DNA of 64,000 nt, taken from assembly GCA_051013385.1 (NCBI GenBank), contig CP143273.1:1888001-1952000 (forward strand). The letters run 5' to 3'. Made by a program: the position numbers and the translations under genes. Shown here in pieces: positions 31,655-40,983 of this stretch. Source of the DNA: Phormidium sp. (GTDB taxonomy: Bacteria; Cyanobacteriota; Cyanobacteriia; Cyanobacteriales; Aerosakkonemataceae). Numbering within the stretch: position 1 is the first letter of the stretch; every line of letters begins with the position of its first letter. Below the pieces are notes generated by a model that did not search any database, had not been told where the DNA came from, and worked only from the letters and a program-made list of their open reading frames with translations.

Positions 31655-33358
31655 ATGGCTCGAATTAATTTATTAGATACACGCACTACTAGTTTTGGTG
31701 ATTTGATTGGTAATGGCAAGATTTACCGAGTACCACCTTTTCAGCGTGATTACTCATGGAAAGAGGAAAATTGGGAAGATCTTTGGCAAGATATTTTAGT
31801 ACTTTACACTAACCCTGACTCTAGTCATTATATGGGCGCAATTGTGCTGCAAAGTACTGGCACTTCAGACAAAGAATTTACAATTATTGATGGTCAACAA
31901 AGGTTAGCAACTCTGAGCATTATTGCTATTGCTGTTATTAATCAAATTCAGAAATTAGTAGAGCGAGAAGAGGAAGCAGAAGCTAATCAAGAACGACAAG
32001 AAATTCTCAGGCGTACTTATCTGAGTGACAGAGATCCACGTTCTCTTCGTTACTCAAGTAAGTTGATTTTAAATGAAAATAATAATGACTTCTATCAAAG
32101 TAATTTAATTAATCTGAGAAAGCCGCTGAATGTGCGATCGCTCTCGAAAGGAAATCAACTACTTTGGCAAGCTTTTCAGTATTTTTCGCATCATTTAGAA
32201 GAGCTTCCAGCAGTTACTCAGAGTGGGGAGAAATTAGCAGAATTTTTAACAGATACCATTGCTCAAAGATTGCTTTTTATTCAGATTAATGTTGAAGATG
32301 AGTTAAATGCTTATACGGTATTTGAGACTTTGAATGCCAGAGGTGTAGAACTGAGTTCAACAGATTTATTAAAGAATTACTTATTTTCTCTCTTTCAAGG
32401 GCCAGATGATTTGCAGGAGGCACAGAGACAATGGAGAAGAATTATTAATACAGTTCAAATGGAAAAATTTCCTGAATTTCTCCGTTACTATCTTAGCCTT
32501 AAGCAAACGAGAGTGAGACGAGAAAGATTATTTAAAATTGTTCGGGAAACTGTGAAGAATGCCCAACAAGCATTTGATTTACTAGATCAACTGGAAAATT
32601 ATAGTAGTCTTTTTATTGCCCTTGGTAATTCTAATGACGAGTTTTGGCGAGATACTCCAGAAAATCCTCGCTATATTCGTGAACTTGAGCTATTTCAACT
32701 AAAGCAAGCTTATCCAACTCTATTCGCTGCCTACGAAAGTTTTTCTTCTGATAATTTTACTCGCTTATTAAAGCTGGTTTGTGTACTATCTTTTCGCTAT
32801 ACTGTTGTTAGTAGTTTAAATCCTAATGAGTTAGAAACGCTTTACAATAAGGTAGCAATTGCAATTACAAATGGTAAAATAACTAATCCGAAACAGGTGT
32901 TTGATTATTTGCGATCGGTTTATGTTTTAGACGATAAATTCTCCCAAGACTTTTCCTTACTGGCAATTTCTACCAAAGGACAAAAGAAAAAATTAGTCCG
33001 ATATATTTTAGGCAAACTTGAGGCAGATGCGTCACAGATAGATGTTAATGAGGATAGTTTTTTGATCGAACATATATTACCGGAATCACCAAGTAGTGAA
33101 TGGCGGCAAAACTTTACTGATACTCAAATAGAAGAAATGGTATATCGCCTGGGAAATCTAACGCTTTTAGAACCTCATCTTAATCGCCAAGTAGGTAATG
33201 AACTTTTTCCCATGAAGCGAACAGTTTATCAACAGAGTGTTTATACACTAACACGGAATATTTTGGCTGAAGAATGGACTCCAAATACTCTAGCTAGAAG
33301 GCAAAATGATTTAGCGAAAAGAGCAGTTCATATTTGGAGATCGGACTTTTATGTATAA
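31655..33358 (+). CDS. DUF262 + DUF1524 (HNH) protein, GmrSD-like type IV restriction enzyme
   Basis: VPPFQRDYSW, IIDGQQR and FETLNARG (DUF262); IEHILPE and LGNLTLL..LN (DUF1524). Confidence 0.9.
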   Translation: MARINLLDTRTTSFGDLIGNGKIYRVPPFQRDYSWKEENWEDLWQDILVLYTNPDSSHYMGAIVLQSTGTSDKEFTIIDGQQRLATLSIIAIAVINQIQKLVEREEEAEANQERQEILRRTYLSDRDPRSLRYSSKLILNENNNDFYQSNLINLRKPLNVRSLSKGNQLLWQAFQYFSHHLEELPAVTQSGEKLAEFLTDTIAQRLLFIQINVEDELNAYTVFETLNARGVELSSTDLLKNYLFSLFQGPDDLQEAQRQWRRIINTVQMEKFPEFLRYYLSLKQTRVRRERLFKIVRETVKNAQQAFDLLDQLENYSSLFIALGNSNDEFWRDTPENPRYIRELELFQLKQAYPTLFAAYESFSSDNFTRLLKLVCVLSFRYTVVSSLNPNELETLYNKVAIAITNGKITNPKQVFDYLRSVYVLDDKFSQDFSLLAISTKGQKKKLVRYILGKLEADASQIDVNEDSFLIEHILPESPSSEWRQNFTDTQIEEMVYRLGNLTLLEPHLNRQVGNELFPMKRTVYQQSVYTLTRNILAEEWTPNTLARRQNDLAKRAVHIWRSDFYV

Positions 33359-33654
33359 AGTATTGATAGAGCGATCGACACTTTCAAACCATTCTTGTCC
33401 CAAGCGAACCGCTTCATCAAAGGTGGGATCATTTTCAAAACTACCCGCAACTTTTAACCACCAATTATTCTCTTTGGAATCAACATTGTCTGTTACCTCT
33501 GAATTTTTGGCGATGCCTCGCAGTCGAGATAAATTTCCCCGTTTCAATTTTGGCGGAGTTTCCTGTTTTAGGGATTTTAAGAGAGTTTGTACCAATTTCC
33601 AGCGATCGCTAATTGGTAGTTTCAGTGCTTGTTTTGTAGTTTCTATAGTCTCAT
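33311..33654 (-). pseudogene. Chimeric antitoxin-like pseudogene
   Basis: ATG at 33654 is followed by an early TAG and a frameshift before QALKLPISDRWKLVQTLL. Downstream modules are shared with 34078-34359, 34413-34796 and 30832-31092. Confidence 0.65.
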
Positions 33655-33658
33655 AGGA

Positions 33659-34078
33659 TTAGGCGTTACTGCTGATTATAGTATCAAGCTCTTCAGGCAA
33701 TACTACTGGAATTTCTGCACCGACAAACCCAGATTTATCACGAGTCAATATCGCATCTACACCATGCACTACTCCACAAACGTACTGCACTGCATCCTCA
33801 AAATCACGAAAATTCAGTGCTATTGCTTGTTCAATTACATCTCGATCCACAGCACAAATGTTTAGATCTGTCATAACTTGGATAATAGCATTTTGAGCTA
33901 CTACTGCTCCTGTTGCTCTACGGACAATGTAATAGATATTGGTGATTGTTGTTGCCGCAATAAATCCCTCAATCTCTCCAGTATCAATACGCTCAAATAT
34001 TCTCGCCGCATTTTCCACAAACGGTTCTCGCTCTTGTAAAAAGTCAAGAACTACATTGGTATCAATCAGAATTCGCAT
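33659..34078 (-). CDS. PIN-domain toxin (VapC-like)
   Basis: ILIDTNVVLD, DFEDAVQ and ILTRD motifs. Confidence 0.92.
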   Translation of the reverse strand: MRILIDTNVVLDFLQEREPFVENAARIFERIDTGEIEGFIAATTITNIYYIVRRATGAVVAQNAIIQVMTDLNICAVDRDVIEQAIALNFRDFEDAVQYVCGVVHGVDAILTRDKSGFVGAEIPVVLPEELDTIISSNA

Positions 34079-34359
34079 TACTTATACTTCTCGGTGAGGT
34101 AAGTAACATAATCCTCTTTGGAATCAGGATCATCTGTAGCTGCTGAACTTTTGGCGATTCCTCGCAGTCGAGATAGGTTTCCCCGTTTCAATTTTGCCTG
34201 AGTTTCCTGTTTTACTTCGACAAGCTTTTCTTCAGTCTGACTTTCAGCAGTTTTGGCAAGATGTTTTTGAGTAATAAAATCGATGAAATCACTCACTTCC
34301 TGTAAGAGTGGTTCGGGGATTTGTTGTAGTTTGGCGATCGCACTATCACGAATAGTCAT
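34078..34359 (-). CDS. DUF2281-like antitoxin (mosaic), coupled to the PIN toxin
   Basis: LQQIPEPLLQEVSDFIDFI; TAATG stop/start overlap with the PIN gene. Confidence 0.75.
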   Translation of the reverse strand: MTIRDSAIAKLQQIPEPLLQEVSDFIDFITQKHLAKTAESQTEEKLVEVKQETQAKLKRGNLSRLRGIAKSSAATDDPDSKEDYVTYLTEKYK

Positions 34360-34412
34360 AATAATTGCCTCTATACTGTTGTCCAGAATATACATTGTAA
34401 AGTGTTGGCTAC

Positions 34413-34796
34413 CTATTCAGCAGATTTGCGCCATTCTTCTCCAAGACGAACCGCTTCATCAAAAGTAGGATCGTTTTCAAAGCTACCCGCAACTTTTAAC
34501 CACCAATCATTCTCTTTGGAATTAGGAGCATCAAAGTCATCTGGAACTGTAAACTCACCTGCACATAAACCAAATGGTCGTAGTTGCTTATTGCTTGGTT
34601 CTGCGGTTGTTACTTCTAAGTTATCCACACCTTCAAACCATTTTAACCATGCTTCGACAAGCTTTTCTTCAGTCTGACTTTCAGCAGTTTTGGCAAGATA
34701 TTTTTGGGTAATAAAATCGATGAAATCACTTACTTCCTGTAAGAGTGGTTCGGGAAGTTGTTGTAATTTGGCGATTGTACTATCACGAATAGTCAT
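34413..34796 (-). CDS. DUF2281-like mosaic antitoxin
   Basis: DUF2281-like N-terminus, then RPFGLCAGEFTVPDDFDAP, then WWLKVAGSFENDPTFDEA. Confidence 0.7.
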   Translation of the reverse strand: MTIRDSTIAKLQQLPEPLLQEVSDFIDFITQKYLAKTAESQTEEKLVEAWLKWFEGVDNLEVTTAEPSNKQLRPFGLCAGEFTVPDDFDAPNSKENDWWLKVAGSFENDPTFDEAVRLGEEWRKSAE

Positions 34797-34919
34797 AATA
34801 ATTACCCCTTTCAGTTGCCTTTATTTTACTGAAATCCGAGCGGCTAATATAAAAGCTGAAAATCAGCTGATGGCGACCAGCTATACAACTCTTTGTTAAT
34901 CAAGAGTGTTATGCTGCAT

Positions 34920-35801
34920 TTACTTTTCCTCTTCAGATTTATTCTCATTAGAGACTACGGCAAGTCCAATGACTAACTCTCCATGCCTTGTGCCATAATT
35001 ATAATGCTCCAATTCAATATATTTACCACGACCTTCTATATCAAAGTGATAGATAATACGTGGCTTGCATATTAATGCTGTAACTGAAATATCTAGCTGT
35101 AATTCTGCGATATCATCTCCGTTAATAATTAGTTGGTTTTCTGAAAACGTTATGGTTTTTTGTAAGCGAACTGGATATGCACCTTCATCTAAATTAGCAG
35201 TATTAATTTGCTTCATTGAGGTATTGAAGAGTTGCTCTGATTTTTCAGATAGAAACTTGGGTAAATCTATTTCAGTTCCATTGAATCTCGTGTCTGTTTT
35301 TGTAATGTCAACCTCTGTTAAAGGAGGATTTGGCATACCAAGAGCGGCTCGTTGGAAAAACTGCGCTTCTATATTAAAACCACCTCTTCCTATCACAGAC
35401 ATTCGCTCAAATGGATATATATCTAACGGAAAGTCTAATGTGTGTAATAACTCTATACGGTCATCAAGTTGAGCTCGTGCAACAGCAGACTTACTAAATT
35501 CTCGCCCTACGAAAAAGCCTTTTTGGGCAGATAAGGCATGAATTTTTTCTGAAAATACAATGATTTCGTTCTTGCCTACCTTTTTTTTCCAATTTTTACA
35601 TTCAAAGATGAATGTAGATTTATAGCCATGTGCTATCGTAACTTCAACGTATAAATCAATCTCATGCTTAACATCTTTTACGAAGACAATTTTTTTATTC
35701 TCTATCAATAGCATAGCTGGCTCCAATGAAGAATACTTCCAAATTGCTTCTTCTATCAGTTTGACTGCTCGTTCTAAAGCATCTCCTTTTTCTTGTTGCA
35801 T
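34920..35801 (-). CDS. Restriction endonuclease-like protein (Mrr_cat-type PD-(D/E)xK N-terminal domain)
   Basis: KG..LE, HEIDLYV, FECKNWKKKVG and GFFV....FS.SA motifs. Confidence 0.75.
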   Translation of the reverse strand: MQQEKGDALERAVKLIEEAIWKYSSLEPAMLLIENKKIVFVKDVKHEIDLYVEVTIAHGYKSTFIFECKNWKKKVGKNEIIVFSEKIHALSAQKGFFVGREFSKSAVARAQLDDRIELLHTLDFPLDIYPFERMSVIGRGGFNIEAQFFQRAALGMPNPPLTEVDITKTDTRFNGTEIDLPKFLSEKSEQLFNTSMKQINTANLDEGAYPVRLQKTITFSENQLIINGDDIAELQLDISVTALICKPRIIYHFDIEGRGKYIELEHYNYGTRHGELVIGLAVVSNENKSEEEK

Positions 35802-35856
35802 ATTTCATAATACCGATTGTTAATTTCCTCGAAAGATAAGCTTTACCGATGTGATT

Positions 35857-36618
35857 TTAGACAATTTTCCATAAAAACAAAGCTGTTACGAGACAAGTTA
35901 CGAGACAAATTAAAGCTATAAACCAGAATCCATACAATAATAAAAATATGCCCACACAGCCAATGCCCAAAGCTATTAATTTTTTTAATCGTTTTTCATT
36001 AGATGAAGGGGGACTATCATCAGAAGGATTTTCAACATTCGTTAAACTTGAACTACTAGAGTAATTAAATTCGACAACTTTCTTTTGTTCTACTTCTAAT
36101 TTCTCTGGTTCTAGTTCTAATTTAAGTATAATTTTTTTTTGAAGTTCTAGCAGACATTTATTAGGATCTATGTCTACTCCTTTACATTGAACATCCCACA
36201 ACTTCTCAAGCGAGAAAAACACAGCCATGTAATTGTTCGCTAACCAAGCATCGCTTGAAGCTGAAGACAGATATGGAGCGGTTCCTTTCAATTTTTTATA
36301 AGCAGCAATACAAGCCTTAGTGCAAATAATAAATTCTTCTAAATACTTTTTTACAAGCTCATAGCTTGCAGGTCTTGGTAACAAACTTTGGTCAGTAGAG
36401 TCAACTACTAGAATGAGACACCATGTATTTCCAGAGGAACTATCTAAATCTTTTTCCAATTGCGCTCCGACTAAGAGGTTTTTCTCTACAGGTATATACT
36501 GTAGCAAAGCACCATCTTTTGGAAAAATTTGTGTGGTGCAGATCGCCTTAGAGAATGTTTTGCCACTTTTTTTTAGATTACTAATTAAATCCTCTTGGCT
36601 TTTCAAAGAATCATACAT
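35857..36618 (-). CDS. Hypothetical protein with two C-terminal TM helices
   Basis: 253-aa AT-rich ORF; no family recognised. Confidence 0.65.
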   Translation of the reverse strand: MYDSLKSQEDLISNLKKSGKTFSKAICTTQIFPKDGALLQYIPVEKNLLVGAQLEKDLDSSSGNTWCLILVVDSTDQSLLPRPASYELVKKYLEEFIICTKACIAAYKKLKGTAPYLSSASSDAWLANNYMAVFFSLEKLWDVQCKGVDIDPNKCLLELQKKIILKLELEPEKLEVEQKKVVEFNYSSSSSLTNVENPSDDSPPSSNEKRLKKLIALGIGCVGIFLLLYGFWFIALICLVTCLVTALFLWKIV

Positions 36619-36766
36619 ATATTTTACTACTAAAGTTACTATTTTAACTGAATTACATACTTCTCCAACGCACGTTCAAAAACCTCATGAAGTATGTATT
36701 TTATTGTGATTAATATTACCATACTGTATGGGATTTCGGGAAAAATTTAATACTAAATTTATTTCT

Positions 36767-36893
36767 CAGGACTTACGTAACTAGCCCAATTAGTAGGGTG
36801 CGTCAGAAATTCAAACCCTGATGCTATCCCTCAGATTTATCATCTGACGCATCCTACAACAAGGGTTCAACTGTGACACTTGCGTAAGTCCTA
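36767..36893. mobile_element. MITE, 127 bp
   Basis: TIRs CAGGACTTACGTAA / TTGCGTAAGTCCTA and a 5-bp TSD TTTCT (36762-36766, 36894-36898). Internal GTAGGGTGCGTCAGA...TCTGACGCATCCTAC hairpin. Confidence 0.8.
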
Positions 36894-37032
36894 TTTCTGT
36901 AGCCTATAGGAATGCAAATGCGTGCAATGGTGTTTATACTTATTGTATCTGTGGCAAAAAATAAAATACTTACACCAATGCTCTATTTTACAAATTTTAT
37001 TCCGGGTGAGCAAAGCCCACCCAAATTTCATC

Positions 37033-38268
37033 TTACACCTTAAACTTTTCGGTAATTCGCTTCATCGCTTCTTCCACATTTTCCCGACTATTAAATGCAG
37101 AAATTCGGAAATAACCTTCACCTGCTGCACCAAAACCAGAACCGGGAGTTCCTACTACATTGCAATTTTGCAACAGCTTATCAAAGAAATCCCAACTCGA
37201 TAAATTATTTGGGGTTTTTAGCCAAACGTAAGGGGCATTTACTCCGCCATAAACTGCGATTCCTGCTGATGTTAATTGTTCGCGGATAATTCGGGCATTT
37301 TCCAAATAAAAACTGACTAATGCTTTAACTTGGGCTTTGCCTGCTTCGGAATAAACTGCTTCTGCGCCTTTTTGCACGATGTAAGAAACGCCGTTGAATT
37401 TAGTTGATTGGCGACGATTCCATAATTTCCATAATTCTACATCGGAACCATCGGCAGCTTTGGCGGTTAAGGTTTTTGGTACTACTGTGAATGCACAACG
37501 AGTTCCGGTAAATCCGGCGGTTTTGGAGAAGGAACGAAATTCGATCGCACAATCCCGCGCCCCCTCTATTTCATAAATAGAATGGGGTATATTTTCCTCA
37601 CTAATAAATGCCTCGTAAGCTGCATCATAGAAAATAATCGCATTGTTTGCTTTGGCATAATCTACCCAAGCTTTTAAATGTTCTTTTGTCGCAACTGCAC
37701 CAGTGGGATTATTAGGAAAACAGAGATAAATTAAATCGACTTTTTCCGTAGGAAGCGAGGCGGTAAAGTTATTTTCGGCGGTGATTGGCAAATAAACTAA
37801 ACCTGCAAATTCGCCTTTTTCACTTGCATCGCCCGTGTGTCCCGCCATTACATTAGTATCTACATAAACGGGATAAACTGGGTCGGTGACTGCAATAATA
37901 TTGTTATCGCCAAAAATGTCGAGAATGTTGCCAGTATCGCACTTTGAACCGTCAGAAATGAAGATTTCGGAAGCGTCTACTTCGCATCCTCTCACTTGGA
38001 AGTCGTTAACCGCGATTTTCTCTCTTAACCAAGCATAACCTTGTTCGGGGCCATATCCTTTAAATGTGTTGCGATCGCCCATTTCTTCCACAGCTTTAAT
38101 CATAGCTGTGCGGCAAGCTTCTGGCAAAGGTTCGGTAACGTCACCAATACCTAAGCGAATAATTTTAGCATCAGGATTAGCTTCGGCAAAAGCATTGACT
38201 CTTCGCGCAATTTCGGGAAACAGATATCCAGCTTTCAGCTTCAAGTAGTTGTCGTTGATGGTTGCCAT
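37033..38268 (-). CDS. dapL: LL-diaminopimelate aminotransferase
   Basis: [27 protein letters not shown] and [12 protein letters not shown] motifs. Confidence 0.97.
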   Translation of the reverse strand: MATINDNYLKLKAGYLFPEIARRVNAFAEANPDAKIIRLGIGDVTEPLPEACRTAMIKAVEEMGDRNTFKGYGPEQGYAWLREKIAVNDFQVRGCEVDASEIFISDGSKCDTGNILDIFGDNNIIAVTDPVYPVYVDTNVMAGHTGDASEKGEFAGLVYLPITAENNFTASLPTEKVDLIYLCFPNNPTGAVATKEHLKAWVDYAKANNAIIFYDAAYEAFISEENIPHSIYEIEGARDCAIEFRSFSKTAGFTGTRCAFTVVPKTLTAKAADGSDVELWKLWNRRQSTKFNGVSYIVQKGAEAVYSEAGKAQVKALVSFYLENARIIREQLTSAGIAVYGGVNAPYVWLKTPNNLSSWDFFDKLLQNCNVVGTPGSGFGAAGEGYFRISAFNSRENVEEAMKRITEKFKV

Positions 38269-38489
38269 GTTAAATTGCAAAAAACGCCCTAAAATAGCTT
38301 ACTGCTAATCTAGATAATTATTTCCCTTCTGCCTTCTTACGGTAAATATTACCCGATCGGGTGAATCTAATGGATGAAGTAGCAAAAGTTGCATTTTTGC
38401 GAGAATATAGTTAAGTGGCGATACAAGCTTTCTGCCTGTGTCTCCCAAAAAACTATGCTGTGTTTCCCCACCTTTAGCAGTGGGGTTTC

Positions 38490-38609
38490 CTATTTTTTCC
38501 AGGGTAATTTTGTCCCCATTTCTGTCATTGCCGAAAAAATTAGATAAACTACTAGCAAGCAAACTCCACCGCAAAAAGCTAACAAGTCATGATCCATATC
38601 GTTTCCCAT
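38490..38609 (-). CDS. Small single-TM protein, 35-39 aa
   Basis: MGNDMDHDLLAFCGGVCLLVVYLIFSAMTEMGTKLPWKK*, followed by a CCCCAC/GTGGGG hairpin; below the ORF-track cutoff. Confidence 0.6.
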   Translation of the reverse strand: MGNDMDHDLLAFCGGVCLLVVYLIFSAMTEMGTKLPWKK

Positions 38610-38679
38610 TAACGCTCTGAGTAATAATATTAACTCAAGCAACTTGCGTTGCTACTTATGTTAATTGAGATTAAGATTA

Positions 38680-38748
38680 GGTACGTTGTTGCGCTTTAGC
38701 GCTCTTCTCAAGATTGGTAATAAGAGCGCTGAAGCGCAACAACATACC
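38680..38748. repeat. Long imperfect palindrome (GTTGTTGCGCTTTAGCGCTCTT...AAGAGCGCTGAAGCGCAACAAC)
   Basis: Arms of about 27 bp directly visible upstream of the glycosyltransferase. Confidence 0.75.
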
Positions 38749-38761
38749 AATTTGAGGTGGT

Positions 38762-39760
38762 GTGATGCGAAAGCTTTATTTTTTAGTTCCGGGAACTAAA
38801 GGCAAATTTGCTTGTGGTGGACTTTGGGCAGAATTAAAAACTGTGAAGTTAGCTCAACAAATATGTGATGCTAATGTTGTCACTTATCGTCAAAGGGAAC
38901 CAGACCAACTTTTTATTGATGATGTTTTAAAAATTCCAGGTTTAGATAAGGTTATCTTTGTAATTAGTTGGGGTTTTGATGTCCCCAAACTTGTCACTAA
39001 GCTGAAAGGTTATAACTTAATTTATCATGCTCATAGTTCAGGTTACGGCTTTAAGCTTCCGGCAAATATTCCAATTATTACTGTTAGCAGAAATACTTTA
39101 GGATATTGGGGTCAAAAATCTCCTCATTCGCTTATTTACTATTTACCTAATCAAATTTCTGATGAGTTTACTAATTTAGGTTTATCACGGGATATTGATG
39201 TTTTAGTGCAAGCGAGAAAATCTTCGACTTATTTAATTAAAGAGTTAATACCAGAGTTGAAGAAACAGTGTAAAGTAGAAGTTATTGATTCTTATGTGTC
39301 AGATTTGCCAGGGGTTTTTAATCGATCGCAAGTTTATTTATACGATTCTGCGGAATACTGGGCGCAACAGGGAGTAAGTGAGGGTTTTGGTTTACAACCA
39401 ATGGAGGCGCTTGCTTGCGGGTGTCAAGTTTTTTCTAGTGTAAATGGTGGACTTTCTGATTATTTAGACCCTGGTTTTAATTGTCATAAAATCGCTGGAT
39501 ACTCAAAGGAATTTGATGTACAAAGGATTGTAAATGTCGTGAAAGGTTCAAAAACTATTACATTACCGGAACAGTTTTTTGCTGAGTATAGAACCGAAAA
39601 TATTGTTAAGCGATTACAGGTTATTTTGGGCGAAATAAATCAATTTTTTGACCAAAAGCCTGATTTTTCAAGCGAGATTAAAGATTTAACAAAGATGCGA
39701 ATCTTTAGACTGAAAACACAAACATTGCTGAATAAAATTTTAAAAAGAATACGAGGTTAA
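38762..39760 (+). CDS. Glycosyltransferase (GT-B, GT4-like)
   Basis: SEGFGLQPMEALACG (ExFGxxxxEA motif). Confidence 0.85.
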   Translation: MMRKLYFLVPGTKGKFACGGLWAELKTVKLAQQICDANVVTYRQREPDQLFIDDVLKIPGLDKVIFVISWGFDVPKLVTKLKGYNLIYHAHSSGYGFKLPANIPIITVSRNTLGYWGQKSPHSLIYYLPNQISDEFTNLGLSRDIDVLVQARKSSTYLIKELIPELKKQCKVEVIDSYVSDLPGVFNRSQVYLYDSAEYWAQQGVSEGFGLQPMEALACGCQVFSSVNGGLSDYLDPGFNCHKIAGYSKEFDVQRIVNVVKGSKTITLPEQFFAEYRTENIVKRLQVILGEINQFFDQKPDFSSEIKDLTKMRIFRLKTQTLLNKILKRIRG

Positions 39761-39764
39761 AATA

Positions 39765-40511
39765 ATGGCGTGGAGTGGTTTCAATTTAGAAAAAGATGAG
39801 TTAAGAAGTGAAATTTGGTCTTTACTGAAACAGGAAAAAGCTGCAATTCGCGATCCTTTTGGTCATATTCCTAATTTTGTGGGTGCGGAAAAGGCGGCGG
39901 AAAAGTTGGCGGAATTACCAATTTGGCGAGAAGCAAAAACTATTAAATGTAATCCTGATTCGCCACAAGTTGCGGTAAGATTACAAGCTTTAAAAGATGG
40001 AAAACGTTTGTATATGGCGGTTCCTAAGTTAACAAATACTCGCTGTTTTGTGGAGTTGTCGGCGGAAATTTTGGGTGAGAATAATGTAGGGTTGGGGGAA
40101 GGTGCGATCGCACGCCAAGCACTAAAATTTGGTAAATTAGTCAGTTTTGCAGAAATGCAACCAATTGATTTAGTAATTGTAGGTTGTGTCGCTGTCACGC
40201 GCAATGGGGGACGTACCGGAAAAGGCGCAGGATTTGCAGATTTAGAACTGGCGATGTTAAAAACTTTTGGATTAATTGAGTCAAATACTCCCATTGTTAC
40301 CACAACACATCCATTACAAATTGTCGCAGATTCCCGCTTACCAATGCAAGCTCATGATTGGGCACTTAACTGGATTGTTACGCCTTTTGAAGTAATCGAA
40401 ACTAATTCTAATTATCCTCGTCCAACCGGATTAAATTGGGATAGTATTCGTCCTGAACAATATCGGAAAATACCAATTTTAAGGAAGTTAAAAGAGCAGT
40501 TTACGGAGTAA
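39765..40511 (+). CDS. 5-formyltetrahydrofolate cyclo-ligase family protein (MTHFSD-like)
   Basis: IPNFVGAE, NPDSPQ and G.RTGKGAGFADLE motifs. Confidence 0.85.
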   Translation: MAWSGFNLEKDELRSEIWSLLKQEKAAIRDPFGHIPNFVGAEKAAEKLAELPIWREAKTIKCNPDSPQVAVRLQALKDGKRLYMAVPKLTNTRCFVELSAEILGENNVGLGEGAIARQALKFGKLVSFAEMQPIDLVIVGCVAVTRNGGRTGKGAGFADLELAMLKTFGLIESNTPIVTTTHPLQIVADSRLPMQAHDWALNWIVTPFEVIETNSNYPRPTGLNWDSIRPEQYRKIPILRKLKEQFTE

Positions 40512-40532
40512 ATATATAACTGTAGTTTTAGT

Positions 40533-40913
40533 TTACCAATCGTTATGTAATCTTTTATATTGAGTTTCTTTATTCTTTAAAGAAATACCTAAAGCAGTGA
40601 GAACTTTTTTAGTGTTCGACAAGTCACCAACTAATCTTTTGACGGGTAAGGGAGAATCTTTTATCAAAGTGGGAATGGCAACTATATTTTCTAATAATAG
40701 TTGATCGGGCTGTTCGTAAACGTCTATTACTTCTAATTCGTAGTTATCGGGAAAATATTTTTCAGCGATTCTTTGCAGGTTTTTTAAAGCTTTAGCAGAA
40801 TTAGGTGTAGTTCCAGCAACGTACAAACGAAAACAGTATCGCTCATCAGTTATTTGTGTTACTACAGGTTTGTTAAATATCTTCGCTATATTTTTAACAT
40901 CTTCTCTTTCCAT
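40533..40913 (-). CDS. kaiB: KaiB-family protein
   Basis: RLYVAGTTPNS..A, LEVIDV, IVAIPTLIK..P.PVKRLVGDLS. Confidence 0.9.
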   Translation of the reverse strand: MEREDVKNIAKIFNKPVVTQITDERYCFRLYVAGTTPNSAKALKNLQRIAEKYFPDNYELEVIDVYEQPDQLLLENIVAIPTLIKDSPLPVKRLVGDLSNTKKVLTALGISLKNKETQYKRLHNDW

Positions 40914-40983
40914 AAGTTTTACCTAAGTTTAGTTGAATGTGCTGACCTTTTCTTTAGTATTCCCTTCCAGTCTGAGAAACTAA

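Noticed and set aside
34879..34915. Bulged hairpin starting GCATAAC after the Mrr-like gene, suggestive of an integron attC
   Set aside because: Only about 35 nt, shorter than known attC sites. No proper GTTRRRY end, no similar sites after neighbouring genes and no integrase.
38305..38620. ORFs 38305-38574 and 38438-38620, and a possible riboswitch upstream of dapL
   Set aside because: No recognisable lysine or cyclic-dinucleotide riboswitch core; the small TM ORF plus hairpin explains the region better
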